From: Alphaproteobacteria bacterium
GTDB taxonomy: Bacteria; Pseudomonadota; Alphaproteobacteria; CAAHEQ01; UBA3637
Direction of reading: 5' to 3'
DNA: 64,000 nucleotides
Assembly (NCBI GenBank): GCA_045605805.1
Contig: JAZUQR010000010.1
Coordinates: forward strand, 77,372 to 141,371
Each line of letters starts with the position of its first letter. The stretch's first letter is position 1. Shown here piece after piece: positions 29,685 to 44,823 of the stretch. The translations under genes were made by a program, and so were the position numbers. The notes beneath the pieces are model-generated. The model ran no database searches. It was given only the letters and a program-made list of their open reading frames with translations, and had not been told where the DNA came from.

Positions 29685-30479
29685 TTATTTTCCCTTATTG
29701 CTTTTGATGTTTTGCCCCATGTAGACACGCAAAGTATCTGTGTTTTGAATCTCTTGAATGGCCTTGTCATAACTTTGGCGCATTTGGTCACACATCATAT
29801 TGTAAAAAACATGTGGCGTGCGTGTTTCATAATAATTTTCCATCCCGGAGATATAATCTTCCCGATCATAGATGGACAACGGAATGTAGCCATTTTTATC
29901 CAATATCCACGCAGACACCAAACGCCCTGTTCGCTTATTCCCATCGTTAAAGGGGTGAATTGCCACCGTATTGTAGTTGGCCTCAATCGCTTGCATCACC
30001 GGATTATGTGACAGCTTTTGAAACTCTTTATTTGGGGCTTCTTCCCAATAAAATGCCGGAATATGATTTTGGTTGATACCATCCACCAAATTTTCCATAT
30101 GTACGGGGATTTTAATGCTGTTTGACAAGATAATGGTGGAATTACGCCAACGGGCGGGCATTGTTCTGAAAACACCACCGATTCTGGGATTTTCCGAAGC
30201 AATCAATGCCCCATGTATATCTTTAATAAACGGCACTTCTAACACAGTTTTTGGGGCCATCCGAACCATATTATAGGCATTGGTCAAGGCTTGTCTATTT
30301 TCTTGTTGTAATTGAAAGGTCACTTTATCCGGCACAATATCAAAACGGCTTGCCAATTCGGCTGCGCTTTCCCACAATGCCTGTCTTAATTCTTGTTGAT
30401 ATTTACTTTTATTCAACAAAATCTTATAGGTTTTCTTTTGTTTTTCAATTGCTGCCAATTCTTTTGATAAGTGAGTCAT
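29685..30479 (-). CDS. Fic/Doc family protein
   Basis: HPFNDGNKRTGR motif. Start set at ATG 30479 after GGAGG. Confidence 0.88.
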   Translation of the reverse strand: MTHLSKELAAIEKQKKTYKILLNKSKYQQELRQALWESAAELASRFDIVPDKVTFQLQQENRQALTNAYNMVRMAPKTVLEVPFIKDIHGALIASENPRIGGVFRTMPARWRNSTIILSNSIKIPVHMENLVDGINQNHIPAFYWEEAPNKEFQKLSHNPVMQAIEANYNTVAIHPFNDGNKRTGRLVSAWILDKNGYIPLSIYDREDYISGMENYYETRTPHVFYNMMCDQMRQSYDKAIQEIQNTDTLRVYMGQNIKSNKGK

Positions 30480-30505
30480 CACAGCCTCCATATTATATGG
30501 CGGTT

Positions 30506-30534
30506 ATTGTACATTCTTTTTGTGTTTTTGTCAA
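30506..30534 (-). promoter_or_regulatory. Putative promoter of the Fic gene
   Basis: Minus strand TTGACA-17 bp-TACAAT. Confidence 0.65.
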
Positions 30535-30537
30535 GTT

Positions 30538-31647
30538 TTATCCAAAAATCTTACCCAACAGGTTCTTAAAATCATCACACAGGCTGGAATCCGATTTATT
30601 CAGATTCGCAAACTGTTGCAACAGTTCTTTTTGTTCGGTCGTTAAATTGGTGGGTGTTTCCACTTGGAAAGTGACATACAAATCGCCAAACCTGTCTGAT
30701 TTCAAAATCGGCATACCTTTTTTCGCTATTTTCACCTGTGTACCCGATTGAAGTCCGGCTTTGATTGTATAGTTTTCGCCTTTGCCGTCCAAAGTGGGGA
30801 TAAACACCTCTCCACCCAACGCAGCCGTCACCATTGGCACCGGCACTTTGATAAACAAATCATTACCTTGGCGTTCAAACAATTTATGCGGTTTGACATT
30901 CAAAAAGACATATAAATCGCCTGTTGTACCGCCATTTGGCCCCACATCCCCTTCTTCCGAAAGGCGCATTCTGACCCCTGTTTCCACACCGGCAGGAATG
31001 GCTATTTCCAATTCTCGTTTTTTACGCACACGCCCTGTGCCAGCACAATCTTCACACGGATGTTTGATTGTTTGGCCTGTTCCATGACAGATTGGACAGG
31101 TTGTTTCCATCATAAAAACGCCCTGTCTTTGACGCACAACGCCCATCCCATTACATGTGGAACAAGTTTGTAAATCTTCACCGCCTGCGCCTTTACAGGC
31201 GTCACAGGCCACAAATGTGTTGACATTGATTTTTTTCTTTATCCCGTGAAAGGCTTCTTCCAAAGTGATATCCAAATCATATCGCACATCGGCACCATGG
31301 GCTTTTTCAGAACGAGGCCGCCCCCGTGCCATCCCAAACATTTCGGCAAACAAATCTTCAAAGCCAAAGCCGGAAAAATCAAAACCGCCAAAGCCTCCTT
31401 GAAAGCCGCCAGCACCCCCCATTCCTGACTTAAAGGCTTCGTGTCCCACTCGGTCATAGGTGGCCCGCTTATCGTTATCTTTTAACACCTCATACGCTTC
31501 GGCCAATTCTTTGAACTTTTTTTCGGCTTCGAGATCACCTGCATGATGATCAGGGTGACAACTCATTGCTTTGACACGAAAAGCCCGCTTGATTTCATCA
31601 AACGAGGCTGTGCGTTCTACACCCAATGTTTCATAATAGTCTGCCAT
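30538..31647 (-). CDS. dnaJ: Chaperone DnaJ
   Basis: J-domain HPD, G/F-rich region, four CxxCxGxG repeats. Confidence 0.97.
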   Translation of the reverse strand: MADYYETLGVERTASFDEIKRAFRVKAMSCHPDHHAGDLEAEKKFKELAEAYEVLKDNDKRATYDRVGHEAFKSGMGGAGGFQGGFGGFDFSGFGFEDLFAEMFGMARGRPRSEKAHGADVRYDLDITLEEAFHGIKKKINVNTFVACDACKGAGGEDLQTCSTCNGMGVVRQRQGVFMMETTCPICHGTGQTIKHPCEDCAGTGRVRKKRELEIAIPAGVETGVRMRLSEEGDVGPNGGTTGDLYVFLNVKPHKLFERQGNDLFIKVPVPMVTAALGGEVFIPTLDGKGENYTIKAGLQSGTQVKIAKKGMPILKSDRFGDLYVTFQVETPTNLTTEQKELLQQFANLNKSDSSLCDDFKNLLGKIFG

Positions 31648-31677
31648 TTACATAACCCTTTATGTGTTGATATGTGT

Positions 31678-31709
31678 AAAAAAGGGGTGGCTTTTTTCCA
31701 CCCCCTTTT
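31678..31709 (-). terminator. Terminator/attenuator between dnaK and dnaJ
   Basis: Minus strand GGGGGTGG..CCACCCC followed by a T-tract. Confidence 0.65.
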
Positions 31710-31721
31710 CGTTGTTTTTAT

Positions 31722-33632
31722 TTATTTTTTCACTTCTTCGTAGTCAGCATCTACCACTTCTTCTTGTGGCTTTTCGCCTTCGGAAGCATTGGCTGTGCTG
31801 TCACCAGCAGAAGCAGATTGTGCTTCTTGGGCCGCTTTATACATGGCTTCGCCCATTTTAATGCTGGCGTTTTGAAGAGCTTCTGTTTTTTCTTTGATAC
31901 GGGCTGTATCATTGGATTCAGAGGCTTCTTTTAATTCTTTGACGCAGGCTTCAATGGCTTCTTTATCAGCCGGTTGCATTTTATCACCATTTTCTTTTAA
32001 CATTTTTTCTGTGCTTGCAATCATCGCATCCGCATGGTTTTTCGCATCAGCTGCTTCTTTGAATTTCTTATCTTCTTCAGCGTGCGCTTCGGCATCTTTC
32101 ACCATTTTTTCAATGTCTGCATCAGACAAACCGCCAGACGATTGAATGCGAATACTTTGTTCTTTGCCAGTTGCTTTATCTTTTGCTGACACATTCACAA
32201 TGCCGTTGGCATCAATATCAAAGCTGACTTCAATTTGCGGCATACCCCGTGGTGCAGGTGGAATCCCCACCAAGTCAAATTGTCCCAACAATTTATTGTC
32301 ACGAGCAATTTCACGTTCCCCTTGGAACACACGAATTGTGACGGCTGTTTGTCCATCTTCTGCGGTTGAGAAGACTTGGGATTTCTTTGTTGGAATGGTT
32401 GTGTTGCGTTCAATTAAACGAGTGAACACACCGCCCAATGTTTCAATACCCAATGACAACGGGGTCACATCCAACAACAGAACATCTTTCACATCCCCTT
32501 TTAACACACCGCCTTGAATGGCTGCGCCCATAGACACAACTTCATCCGGATTCACACCCTTATGGGCTTCTTTACCAAAGAAGTCTTGTACCAATTTTTG
32601 AACAGCCGGCATACGGGTCATCCCACCCACCAAGATGACTTCGTCAATTTGGTTTTTGGACAGACCAGCATCTTTTAAGGCTTTTTCCATTGGACCTTTG
32701 GTGCGTTCCAACAAATCTTCCACCAACGATTCCAATTTGGCCCGTGTCATTGAGATATTCAAGTGCTTTGGACCTGTGGCATCGGCTGTAATAAATGGCA
32801 AATTGATGTCTGTTTGGTTGGCACTGGACAATTCAATTTTTGCTTTTTCGGCTGCTTCTTTCAAGCGTTGCAAGGCCATACGGTCTTGGCGCAAATCAAT
32901 GCCGTTTTCTTTTTTGAATTCATCGGCCAAATAATCCATAATGCGAGCATCAAAGTCTTCACCACCCAAGAATGTATCTCCGTTGGTAGATTTCACTTCA
33001 AACACACCATCACCAATTTCCAAAATGGATACATCAAATGTGCCGCCACCCAAGTCATACACAGCGATTGTGCCAGATTTCTTTTGGTCCATTCCATAGG
33101 CCAAAGCGGCTGCGGTTGGTTCGTTGATAATGCGCAACACTTCCAAACCGGCAATTTTACCAGCATCTTTTGTGGCTTGACGTTGTGAGTCATCAAAATA
33201 AGCCGGCACTGTAATAATTGCCTGTGTGATTTTTTCACCCAGATAGGCTTCGGCATCTTCTTTTAATTTTTGCAAAACGAACGCAGACACTTGACTTGGG
33301 GCATATTTTTTACCGTCCACTTCCACCCAAGCATCTCCATTATCGCCAGAGATAATGTGATATGGCACCATATTTTTATCTTTTTCCACCATTTTATCGT
33401 CAAACCGACGGCCGATTAAACGCTTGATGGAATACAGCGTGCCTTGTGGGTTTGTCACTGCTTGACGCTTTGCCGGTTGTCCAACCAAGCGTTCCCCTTT
33501 GCTTGTGAAAGCCACGATTGAAGGCGTCGTTCTTGCCCCTTCTCGGTTTTCCAATACTTTGGCACTTTTGCCATCCATAATAGACATACAAGAGTTTGTT
33601 GTCCCTAAGTCAATACCTAATATTTTACTCAT
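31722..33632 (-). CDS. dnaK: Chaperone DnaK
   Basis: [23 protein letters not shown] and VVDADYEEV motifs. Start set at ATG 33632. Confidence 0.99.
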   Translation of the reverse strand: MSKILGIDLGTTNSCMSIMDGKSAKVLENREGARTTPSIVAFTSKGERLVGQPAKRQAVTNPQGTLYSIKRLIGRRFDDKMVEKDKNMVPYHIISGDNGDAWVEVDGKKYAPSQVSAFVLQKLKEDAEAYLGEKITQAIITVPAYFDDSQRQATKDAGKIAGLEVLRIINEPTAAALAYGMDQKKSGTIAVYDLGGGTFDVSILEIGDGVFEVKSTNGDTFLGGEDFDARIMDYLADEFKKENGIDLRQDRMALQRLKEAAEKAKIELSSANQTDINLPFITADATGPKHLNISMTRAKLESLVEDLLERTKGPMEKALKDAGLSKNQIDEVILVGGMTRMPAVQKLVQDFFGKEAHKGVNPDEVVSMGAAIQGGVLKGDVKDVLLLDVTPLSLGIETLGGVFTRLIERNTTIPTKKSQVFSTAEDGQTAVTIRVFQGEREIARDNKLLGQFDLVGIPPAPRGMPQIEVSFDIDANGIVNVSAKDKATGKEQSIRIQSSGGLSDADIEKMVKDAEAHAEEDKKFKEAADAKNHADAMIASTEKMLKENGDKMQPADKEAIEACVKELKEASESNDTARIKEKTEALQNASIKMGEAMYKAAQEAQSASAGDSTANASEGEKPQEEVVDADYEEVKK

Positions 33633-33662
33633 TTTTGCTCCTTTGTTAAATAACTTGTGAAC

Positions 33663-33693
33663 AGTATATGGGTCATACCATCGTATTTTGCAA
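33663..33693 (-). promoter_or_regulatory. Putative heat-shock (RpoH-like) promoter of dnaK
   Basis: Minus strand TTGCAA-15 bp-CCCATAT, overlapping a TATACT -10. Confidence 0.4.
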
Positions 33694-33762
33694 CAGGCAA
33701 ATGCATTTTTTTCTTTAATTTTTTTATTTTTTTGATTAAACTGATTCAAAAAAGGATGACAT

Positions 33763-35337
33763 ATGAAACAGATTTTAGATATTTTTTCAACACATTTTGC
33801 ACAATATGGTGTGTTTTTTCTTGGGGCTTTATTGGCCGCTATTTCTTTTGGTATATTTTATGGGAAAAATACACAACACATTCGGTTTTATCTTATCAGT
33901 CGTGGCTTTTTTGTTTTGGCCTTTGCCGCATTTGGTCCTTTGATTGCTCCGTTTTTTCCACTTTTGAATCCGGCTTTTGAGGTCTCTTCGGTTTTACAAA
34001 GTGCTTTCGCTTTTTCTTTTTCTTGTGTTGCTGGTGCTTTTTTTATTGCAAGTCTTTTTGTCAAAGCACCCCGCTCTACCTTATTATTGTTGGTTGTTCC
34101 TTTTTTTACCATTGTTTTATTTGCTTTGGCCTATGGCATTTTCTTTGTCAATATCACCCAAGACACCCATTTTGATATTTCTTTTCTTTTAACCGGTCTT
34201 TCTTTGGCTGTGGCTGCCTTTGGATTTTACAGCATTTCTGCCTTATCCCAGAAGGCCATCTTTTTTGCGCCACGCATTGCCTTGTGGTTTTTATCCATTT
34301 ATTATTTATGTCGTGCCACCCATTTAATATCCGATGCACAATGGGTTCCTTTGATTTTATATGCCGTTGCGTCTATTGTTGTTTTGATTGCCCAAATCAG
34401 CTTCACCGAAGCTATGGCTATCTCGTATCATCAGGCCTTGTTAAAAGAACAGAAAAAGAAAACCTTGTTTTGGGATATGGCTCCTTCTCCGATTTTGCTG
34501 ACCAAACTTTTGGATGATTCGGTGGTGTATATGAACACTGCTTGCCAAAAAGTTTTAGGCTTGCGCCAAACTCAGGTTTCAAATATTACTTTTTCAAATT
34601 ATTTTGTCAATGCCACAAAACGAGATGAACTGATTCATCTGACCCGACAAAACGGTATTGTAGATAACTTTGAAGTGGAACTCAATATTCAAAATACTCA
34701 AAATAAAACCGTTTGGATTACTCTCTCTTCTCGTGTGTTTGAAATGGATGGGGATATTTTGCTGTATATCAACTTTACAAACATTACAAACCAAAAAGAG
34801 GTGGAAGAAAAACTTTTTATTCAAGCCTCTACCGATACATTGACCGGCCTTTACAATCGTCGTCAATTTATGGCCCTTTCGCAACAGGTTTTTTTCCTTG
34901 CACAACGAGAAGGAACGCCTTATACCGTGTTGATGGCCGATATTGACCATTTCAAATCTATCAATGACACTTATGGCCATGATGTGGGCGATGTGGTTTT
35001 GAAAGGCTTGGCTTCGTTGATGAAACAGACTTTACGCAAATCAGATATTATTGCCCGTTGGGGGGGAGAGGAGTTTATTATTTTGCTTCAAAATACACCC
35101 CCTGAAAAAGGCCTGTTGGCGGCAGACAAGTTGCGTTTGGCTGTTCAAGATTTTGCTGTGCCGGTTCAAAATGAAATGTTAAAGTTCACCATCAGCATGG
35201 GGGCTTCTGTAAGTCAAATACCTGATGTAGAAAAACTTCAAAAAGAAGCCGATTTAGCGTTGTATTATTCCAAAGAAAACGGCCGAAATCAAGTGACGCT
35301 TTTCAATTCCTCCTTTGGACAGAAAAAACCAGAATAG
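33763..35337 (+). CDS. Membrane diguanylate cyclase (TM-PAS-GGDEF)
   Basis: About 7 TM helices, PAS-like segment, DIDHFK, RxxD I-site (RKSD) and GGEEF. Confidence 0.92.
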   Translation: MKQILDIFSTHFAQYGVFFLGALLAAISFGIFYGKNTQHIRFYLISRGFFVLAFAAFGPLIAPFFPLLNPAFEVSSVLQSAFAFSFSCVAGAFFIASLFVKAPRSTLLLLVVPFFTIVLFALAYGIFFVNITQDTHFDISFLLTGLSLAVAAFGFYSISALSQKAIFFAPRIALWFLSIYYLCRATHLISDAQWVPLILYAVASIVVLIAQISFTEAMAISYHQALLKEQKKKTLFWDMAPSPILLTKLLDDSVVYMNTACQKVLGLRQTQVSNITFSNYFVNATKRDELIHLTRQNGIVDNFEVELNIQNTQNKTVWITLSSRVFEMDGDILLYINFTNITNQKEVEEKLFIQASTDTLTGLYNRRQFMALSQQVFFLAQREGTPYTVLMADIDHFKSINDTYGHDVGDVVLKGLASLMKQTLRKSDIIARWGGEEFIILLQNTPPEKGLLAADKLRLAVQDFAVPVQNEMLKFTISMGASVSQIPDVEKLQKEADLALYYSKENGRNQVTLFNSSFGQKKPE

Positions 35338-35350
35338 GAGTTTTGTTATT

Positions 35351-35632
35351 ATGCGTATCAGATTGTTTCCTTTTTTATGCGTTTTGGTGATTGCTTATTT
35401 TTCGTATCACACGGTATGGGGAAATCGGGGCTTTTTTCGCTTATTAGAAATTAAAGACCAGATTCAACAGGCTTCGGCTTTGGCCCAAAAAGTGGCCGAA
35501 GAAAAAAAACATCTTCAATATAAAACAAACGCCCTTAAAAATCCAAAAGCTATTGATTTAGATATTTTGGAAGAAGAAGCTCTTCGGGTTTTGGGCCAAA
35601 CACATCGTGATAATCTTATTTTGTTTGATTAG
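35351..35632 (+). CDS. ftsB: Septum formation initiator (FtsB/DivIC family)
   Basis: TM helix-G.RG-coiled coil-D.D.LEE.A pattern. Confidence 0.7.
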   Translation: MRIRLFPFLCVLVIAYFSYHTVWGNRGFFRLLEIKDQIQQASALAQKVAEEKKHLQYKTNALKNPKAIDLDILEEEALRVLGQTHRDNLILFD

Positions 35633-36861
35633 TCTTTTAAGCCGATTTTGTTTTTATGTATCATATACAATGCCGGCAGCATTATGACCCCTGTGAAGGC
35701 AAAAAACACTGTCCATCCCATTTGTTCGGCCAACCATCCGCTGGTGCCGGCAATGAAGGATAACGGTATCATATTCAAGGCACTTAAAAACGCATATTGT
35801 GTGCCGGAAAAACGACGGTTGCAAAAAGAAGATAAGTACACAACCCACACTGCACCCCCCATACCTGCCAAGATATTATCAAACAAAATCACCATGAAAA
35901 AAGCCGCCACATTTGGCCCTAATTCGGCCAATAAGGCAAAGGCAAAGGAAGTTAAAATCTCTAATCCTCCTAACCAGAATAACAACGGTTTGAACTTAAA
36001 CTTCAACATCAACAGGCCACCAACAAATACACCGGCCATTGTGATAAACACACCAAATGTGCCGGAAACCAGCGATATTTCTTTGGCGGTGAAACCGATT
36101 TGATTATAAAACGGATAGGCCATTGGCCCCAACATACAATTGCACAACCGATACAAGATGATGAACAGGCATAGTGTGCCAAAATGAGATCGTTTTATGA
36201 TATCTTTTAACGGTTCTATAATGGCTTTTTGAAAAGATATGCCTTGTGGTATCAATGCTTTTTCCTTAATGCACAACATTGAGATAAAGCCCACCACAAT
36301 CAAGGCGATAGACACTTTATAGGCTGTTTCCCATGCCACATAATCCGACAGACAAATCATGCCTGCCACGGCTGCCAGCTGCCCCAAACGAGCCCCCACT
36401 TGATAAAGAGCTGTCCCTTCTTTTAACTCGTCTCCCGACAGTGTATCTATACGCAAGGCATCAATGGCAATATCTTGGGTAGCCGAAGCAAAAGCGATGC
36501 CTATACACAGTGCAAAAATCCATGTTATTTGGGTGGCTGGATTCGCCTCGGACAAGAACAACAAAAACAAAATGACAAACAGTTGGGCAAGTAATCCCCA
36601 TGTTTTTTTTCGCCCTATTTTATCCGCCAAGGGCAAGTTGGTTTGGTCAACGAATGGGGCCCACAAAAACTTTAAGCTGTATGGAATCAACACCAAGCTG
36701 AATATGCCAATTTGGCTTAAATCAACCCCTTGTGTGGAAAACCAATACTTTAATGTTCCTCCAACTAAATTGACAGGCGCTTGCGAGGCAAGACCTAATC
36801 CCAAAAACGGCCATACATGCGCATTGGCCAACACTTTTATCAACTTATTTATAAAACGCAT
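35629..36861 (-). CDS. ampG: AmpG-like muropeptide MFS permease
   Basis: PYSLKFLWAP.VD, GRKK.W, SATQDIAIDA and TQYAFLS motifs. Confidence 0.85.
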   Translation of the reverse strand: MRFINKLIKVLANAHVWPFLGLGLASQAPVNLVGGTLKYWFSTQGVDLSQIGIFSLVLIPYSLKFLWAPFVDQTNLPLADKIGRKKTWGLLAQLFVILFLLFLSEANPATQITWIFALCIGIAFASATQDIAIDALRIDTLSGDELKEGTALYQVGARLGQLAAVAGMICLSDYVAWETAYKVSIALIVVGFISMLCIKEKALIPQGISFQKAIIEPLKDIIKRSHFGTLCLFIILYRLCNCMLGPMAYPFYNQIGFTAKEISLVSGTFGVFITMAGVFVGGLLMLKFKFKPLLFWLGGLEILTSFAFALLAELGPNVAAFFMVILFDNILAGMGGAVWVVYLSSFCNRRFSGTQYAFLSALNMIPLSFIAGTSGWLAEQMGWTVFFAFTGVIMLPALYMIHKNKIGLKD

Positions 36862-36927
36862 TTTTACTCCATTTGAAAATAAATATGTCTTTTACTTTAT
36901 ATCCTATTTTGAAATGGATGTCTATTA

Positions 36928-38703
36928 TTATTCCTCAAATAATGCCTTATATTTTTTAAGGCGTTTATAAGTTTTGGAGTTTTCGTTGGCCATCAACTTT
37001 TTCGGACTTCCATCTTCCACAATCTGCCCATTCTCTAACAAAAGGATACGGTTAGCACTGGCAATTTCCGCCGGCACATTGCTGGCAAAGATAACGGTCG
37101 GTTTATGCCCTTTCACTTTGGACAGGTTTTTAATCCCCTCCAACACTTTTGTTTGGGCGTGTGTATCCAAGTTGGCAGTTGGTTCATCCATAATGATAAG
37201 CGGTGTATGGCGCAAAAGCGCTCTTGCCAAAGAGAGCCGTTGTTTTTGTCCGGCAGACAAAGAAGTGACTTTGCTGTCAATTTTCTTTTCTTTTTTCATA
37301 ATTTCATCCAACAGATTGGCCAATTGCAACACTTGATAGAGTTCTGCCTCCGTTGCCTTCGGATTAAACATCAGCAAGTTTTCTTTGATGGTCTTTTGAC
37401 TCCAAAAGGTGGGGTGTTGGTCAATGTAGGTCAGATTATCTCGCAAAGATTCCCTTGAAATCGACTGCACATTTTTACCATTATACAGCACTTTTCCTGA
37501 TTGGATTTCATAGGCGTGTTGCATCACATTGATCAGCGTGGATTTGCCCATCCCTGAGTTCCCGATAATGGCCACCCGTGAACCTGCTTTGATTTTCAAG
37601 GAAAGATTATTCAAAACAGGCTCTTTTTCCTCAGGATAAGTAAAACACACCTTTTCCAAAGCAATCTCTTTAATTGTGGACAGTTTCCCCTTTCCTGATT
37701 TAGGCATTAAGGAGGTATCGTAATTCGTTTGTTTGTCTAGATTGAGATAATCCATGCAGTAAAAATGAAGCCATTTTAAGACTGAAGCAACTTTTGTAAT
37801 ATAATGTAATGTATCAAACCCAAGTCCTGTCAACAGGACATAAGTGCCAATGTTTTTTTGTTGAAGTGCCAAGTGGATGCCTATAAAAACGATTATTAAA
37901 TAACCAATGATATTGACAAAAGCTGGAACAAGTGACAGCAAAACCTCTTTTGTCCTGTACTTTTGATTTAGATCATGGAAAATATTATATTTTTTTTGTA
38001 GCTCATCTAGAACTTTAAATTCTATTCCAAGCGCACGAACATTTCCTGCATTTTCCAGCGTATCCTCACGAATGGCAGCAATCTCTGTTTCCATCCTTGA
38101 AATGTTTTCAATATTTCTGGTTTGTTTTTTATTAATCCAAATGTTTAAAAAGCAATAACATAATGATAATGCTAGGATTGAGAAAGACCACAAGTGAATA
38201 AAGCCAATTAAAAAAATGATTGAAGCAATTAAACGGAATAACGGATAGAAAAGTCGTGTAATATTATAGACCATATTTTCTCCATAACTGCCAATACGTG
38301 GAATCAGACTCACAGCCTTTTGTCGAAAATCAGATAAAAATAGTAAAGGAGGAAGCTTCAAAAAGGATTTTGTTTTTTCTTGGCAGAAGAGAGTATTATA
38401 CCTTCGAAAAACGATTTCCTGAAATGCAGTTGCAATATCATCAAACCAGCGTGAAAATTGCTTGATAAAAATATAAAAAAAGGTCCATGCAACCAAGATA
38501 CCTGTGATCACATTTGAAGAAAGAGAATCTTGCAAGGTGTTCAATACTTGTGCAGACAAAACAGGTGCAAGAGCTCCAAGTGTAGCAGCAATTCCAAAAA
38601 AGACAACAACACCTAAAAGAGCTCTTTTATCCTTTTTCGGGGCGGATAAACAAATCCCCAACACTTCCTTGATAAATTGAAAATTAGATGTTTTTTCTTG
38701 CAT
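36928..38703 (-). CDS. ABC exporter half-transporter (TMD+NBD)
   Basis: About 6 TM segments, Walker A GNSGMGKS, LSAGQ signature and DEPT Walker B. Confidence 0.88.
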   Translation of the reverse strand: MQEKTSNFQFIKEVLGICLSAPKKDKRALLGVVVFFGIAATLGALAPVLSAQVLNTLQDSLSSNVITGILVAWTFFYIFIKQFSRWFDDIATAFQEIVFRRYNTLFCQEKTKSFLKLPPLLFLSDFRQKAVSLIPRIGSYGENMVYNITRLFYPLFRLIASIIFLIGFIHLWSFSILALSLCYCFLNIWINKKQTRNIENISRMETEIAAIREDTLENAGNVRALGIEFKVLDELQKKYNIFHDLNQKYRTKEVLLSLVPAFVNIIGYLIIVFIGIHLALQQKNIGTYVLLTGLGFDTLHYITKVASVLKWLHFYCMDYLNLDKQTNYDTSLMPKSGKGKLSTIKEIALEKVCFTYPEEKEPVLNNLSLKIKAGSRVAIIGNSGMGKSTLINVMQHAYEIQSGKVLYNGKNVQSISRESLRDNLTYIDQHPTFWSQKTIKENLLMFNPKATEAELYQVLQLANLLDEIMKKEKKIDSKVTSLSAGQKQRLSLARALLRHTPLIIMDEPTANLDTHAQTKVLEGIKNLSKVKGHKPTVIFASNVPAEIASANRILLLENGQIVEDGSPKKLMANENSKTYKRLKKYKALFEE

Positions 38704-38715
38704 ATTTACTCCATT

Positions 38716-38919
38716 TTATTTTTTGGATTTTTTTGTGCCTGTTTCTGTGACATGTGAAATGCCTGTGCCTGGGATGGACACCGTTTTGCGAGTTCGGCCA
38801 TTCGCCATTTTTGTGACCCGATAGCCGGGGATGCCAAAGCTGAACCCTATGCCTGACTTGCTGAAATTGATTCTGAACAATCCCAAAATGTCTATTGACT
38901 TACGAAAGCGAAAACCCAT
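38716..38919 (-). CDS. Stand-alone DUF4236-like small basic protein
   Basis: MGFRFRKSI..RINFSKSG.G.S.G..G...T.SIPGTGIS pattern. Confidence 0.75.
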   Translation of the reverse strand: MGFRFRKSIDILGLFRINFSKSGIGFSFGIPGYRVTKMANGRTRKTVSIPGTGISHVTETGTKKSKK

Positions 38920-38941
38920 TTTTCCCCCTTTTTTGTTTTGA

Positions 38942-40759
38942 TTACAACCTTCCCCGTTCAAACTTACGGCGATCGTTTAAGTCCAGATATTTTTTACGCA
39001 AGCGAATGTGTTTTGGGGTGACTTCCACCAATTCATCGTCCGCAATATAGGCTAATGCTGCCTCTAACGACAGGCGGGTGGGTGACACCAATGCCACAGC
39101 TTCGTCTTTACCGGCCGCACGCATATTTGTAAGCTTTTTGCCTTTAATCGGATTCACATCAATATCACCCGATTTGGCATTCGCCCCGATAATCATCCCT
39201 TCATATACATCCACACCGGCATCAATGAACAACGGCCCTCGTTCTTGAATGTACCACAAGGCATAGGCAACAGATTTCCCTGCTTCTGTGGACACTAAAA
39301 CGCCATTTCTGCGGGCTTGGATTTCGCCTTTATAGGGTTGATAGCTGTCAAACAAGCGATTCATCACACCTGTGCCACAGGTATCGGTTAAAAACTCGCT
39401 GTGATAGCCGATCAGCCCACGAGATGGTGCCAAAAATACCATCCGAACTTTCCCACCGCCTGAGGGTGACATACTTGTCATTTCGGCCTTACGCTGGCTC
39501 ATTTTTTCAACCACTACGCCCGAATAATTTTCGTCCACATCCACCACAACTTCTTCAACCGGTTCCAATTTTTGTCCGTCTTTTTCTTGGAATACCACAC
39601 GAGGACGGGACACAGAAAGTTCATACCCTTCCCGCCGCATTGTTTCAATTAAAATGCCTAATTGTAATTCGCCACGACCAGCCACTTCAAACGCATCCGT
39701 TGTGTCGGTTCTGGATATTTTTAAGGCCACATTTCCTTCGGCTTCTTTTTCCAATCTGTCCCAAATCATCCGAGAGGTCACTTTATCACCATCTTTGCCT
39801 GCCAATGGACTTGTGTTGATGGAAAATGTCATCGCCAAGGTGGGCGGGTCAATGGGTTGCGCTTGAATTGCTTCGGTCACTTCGCTGGCACACAAGGTAT
39901 CGGCCACAGTGGCTTTTTGAAAACCGGCAATGCTTACAATATCCCCAGCAACGCCTTCTTCAATGGCTTGATGCTTCAAACCACGAAAGGCCAAAATCTT
40001 ACTGACACGAGCCGTTTCAACTGTTTGTCCATCACGAGATAGGGCTTTAATCATTTCATTTGTTTTAATTTTGCCGGATGTGATGCGTCCTGTTAAAACA
40101 CGCCCCACAAACGGATCCATATGCAAGGTTGTCACCAACATTTTGAACGGGCCATCAGCTTCGCTTGTTGGGGCCGGCACATGTTCAATGATTTTTTTGA
40201 ACAGGGGTTCAATGTCTATATGTTCATCATTTAAGTTTTCAACTGCCCAACCATCACGCCCTGAGGCAAACAGCACAGGATAATCCAACTGTTCATCTGT
40301 TGCGCCCAGATTTGCGAACAGGTCAAACACCTCGTTATTCACTTCCACAGGGCGGGCATCGGCACGGTCCACTTTATTGATAACAACAATTGGGCGCAGG
40401 CCTAACTTTAACGCTTTGCCCACCACAAACTTGGTTTGAGGCAGTGGGCCTTCGGCCGAGTCAACCAGCACAATGACGCCATCCACCATAGACAAGATGC
40501 GTTCCACTTCGCCCCCAAAGTCTGCGTGCCCTGGGGTATCAACGATATTGATGCGATAGCCATGCCATTCCACAGAGGTGCATTTGGCCAAAATAGTGAT
40601 GCCCCGTTCCCGTTCTAACTCACCCGAATCCATCGCACAGGTGGCGACTTGTTGATTTTCACGAAAAGCACCGGATTGACGCAAAAAAGCGTCCACAAAA
40701 GTTGTTTTGCCATGGTCCACATGGGCAATAATGGCAATGTTGCGCATATTATGACTCAT
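38942..40759 (-). CDS. typA: Translational GTPase TypA/BipA
   Basis: [28 protein letters not shown] and [10 protein letters not shown] motifs. Confidence 0.98.
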   Translation of the reverse strand: MSHNMRNIAIIAHVDHGKTTFVDAFLRQSGAFRENQQVATCAMDSGELERERGITILAKCTSVEWHGYRINIVDTPGHADFGGEVERILSMVDGVIVLVDSAEGPLPQTKFVVGKALKLGLRPIVVINKVDRADARPVEVNNEVFDLFANLGATDEQLDYPVLFASGRDGWAVENLNDEHIDIEPLFKKIIEHVPAPTSEADGPFKMLVTTLHMDPFVGRVLTGRITSGKIKTNEMIKALSRDGQTVETARVSKILAFRGLKHQAIEEGVAGDIVSIAGFQKATVADTLCASEVTEAIQAQPIDPPTLAMTFSINTSPLAGKDGDKVTSRMIWDRLEKEAEGNVALKISRTDTTDAFEVAGRGELQLGILIETMRREGYELSVSRPRVVFQEKDGQKLEPVEEVVVDVDENYSGVVVEKMSQRKAEMTSMSPSGGGKVRMVFLAPSRGLIGYHSEFLTDTCGTGVMNRLFDSYQPYKGEIQARRNGVLVSTEAGKSVAYALWYIQERGPLFIDAGVDVYEGMIIGANAKSGDIDVNPIKGKKLTNMRAAGKDEAVALVSPTRLSLEAALAYIADDELVEVTPKHIRLRKKYLDLNDRRKFERGRL

Positions 40760-40792
40760 CTTTAATTATTTCCCTTCCAAAAATATGCGCCT

Positions 40793-40821
40793 ATTATAGC
40801 ATAAAATCGCATAAATGTAAA
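40793..40821 (-). promoter_or_regulatory. Putative typA promoter
   Basis: Minus strand TTTACA-17 bp-TATAAT. Confidence 0.55.
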
Positions 40822-40864
40822 GGCAGAAAAAAATCCCCAAAGATTGCTTTCTAAGGATTGTTTC

Positions 40865-41257
40865 TTATTTTTTATTTTTCGCAGATCGGTCGTTCAAGAT
40901 GATGATCAATAAGCCTGCTATATATATGAATTCATATACCAAACCCAACGGCACAAATATCAACAGCAGATGTAGGAATGAGGTTATTGGCCACATGATA
41001 TAAATTGCCGTGCACAGGCTGAGCCACCAAGCAATTTGTTTTAGCTTTTTTGTGTTTTTCACAACAGACTCTGTATCACTTTTGCCCAATTTACCAATCC
41101 AACAAGGCAGTGTTCCCACAGCGAACAATAATGAAAAGCAACCAAGAAAAATAAGCACAGAACAGCCCGTTCTAGACCCAATCGCAGCCATAAATGTTGC
41201 AATCAATCCTGACACACATCCCACAAAGATTGTCCACAGCAGTTTTATGATTTTCAT
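40865..41257 (-). CDS. Hypothetical membrane protein
   Basis: About 4 hydrophobic segments; the ATG directly follows the gyrB stop. Confidence 0.6.
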   Translation of the reverse strand: MKIIKLLWTIFVGCVSGLIATFMAAIGSRTGCSVLIFLGCFSLLFAVGTLPCWIGKLGKSDTESVVKNTKKLKQIAWWLSLCTAIYIMWPITSFLHLLLIFVPLGLVYEFIYIAGLLIIILNDRSAKNKK

Positions 41258-44822
<3,565 letters not shown>

Positions 44823-44823
44823 T

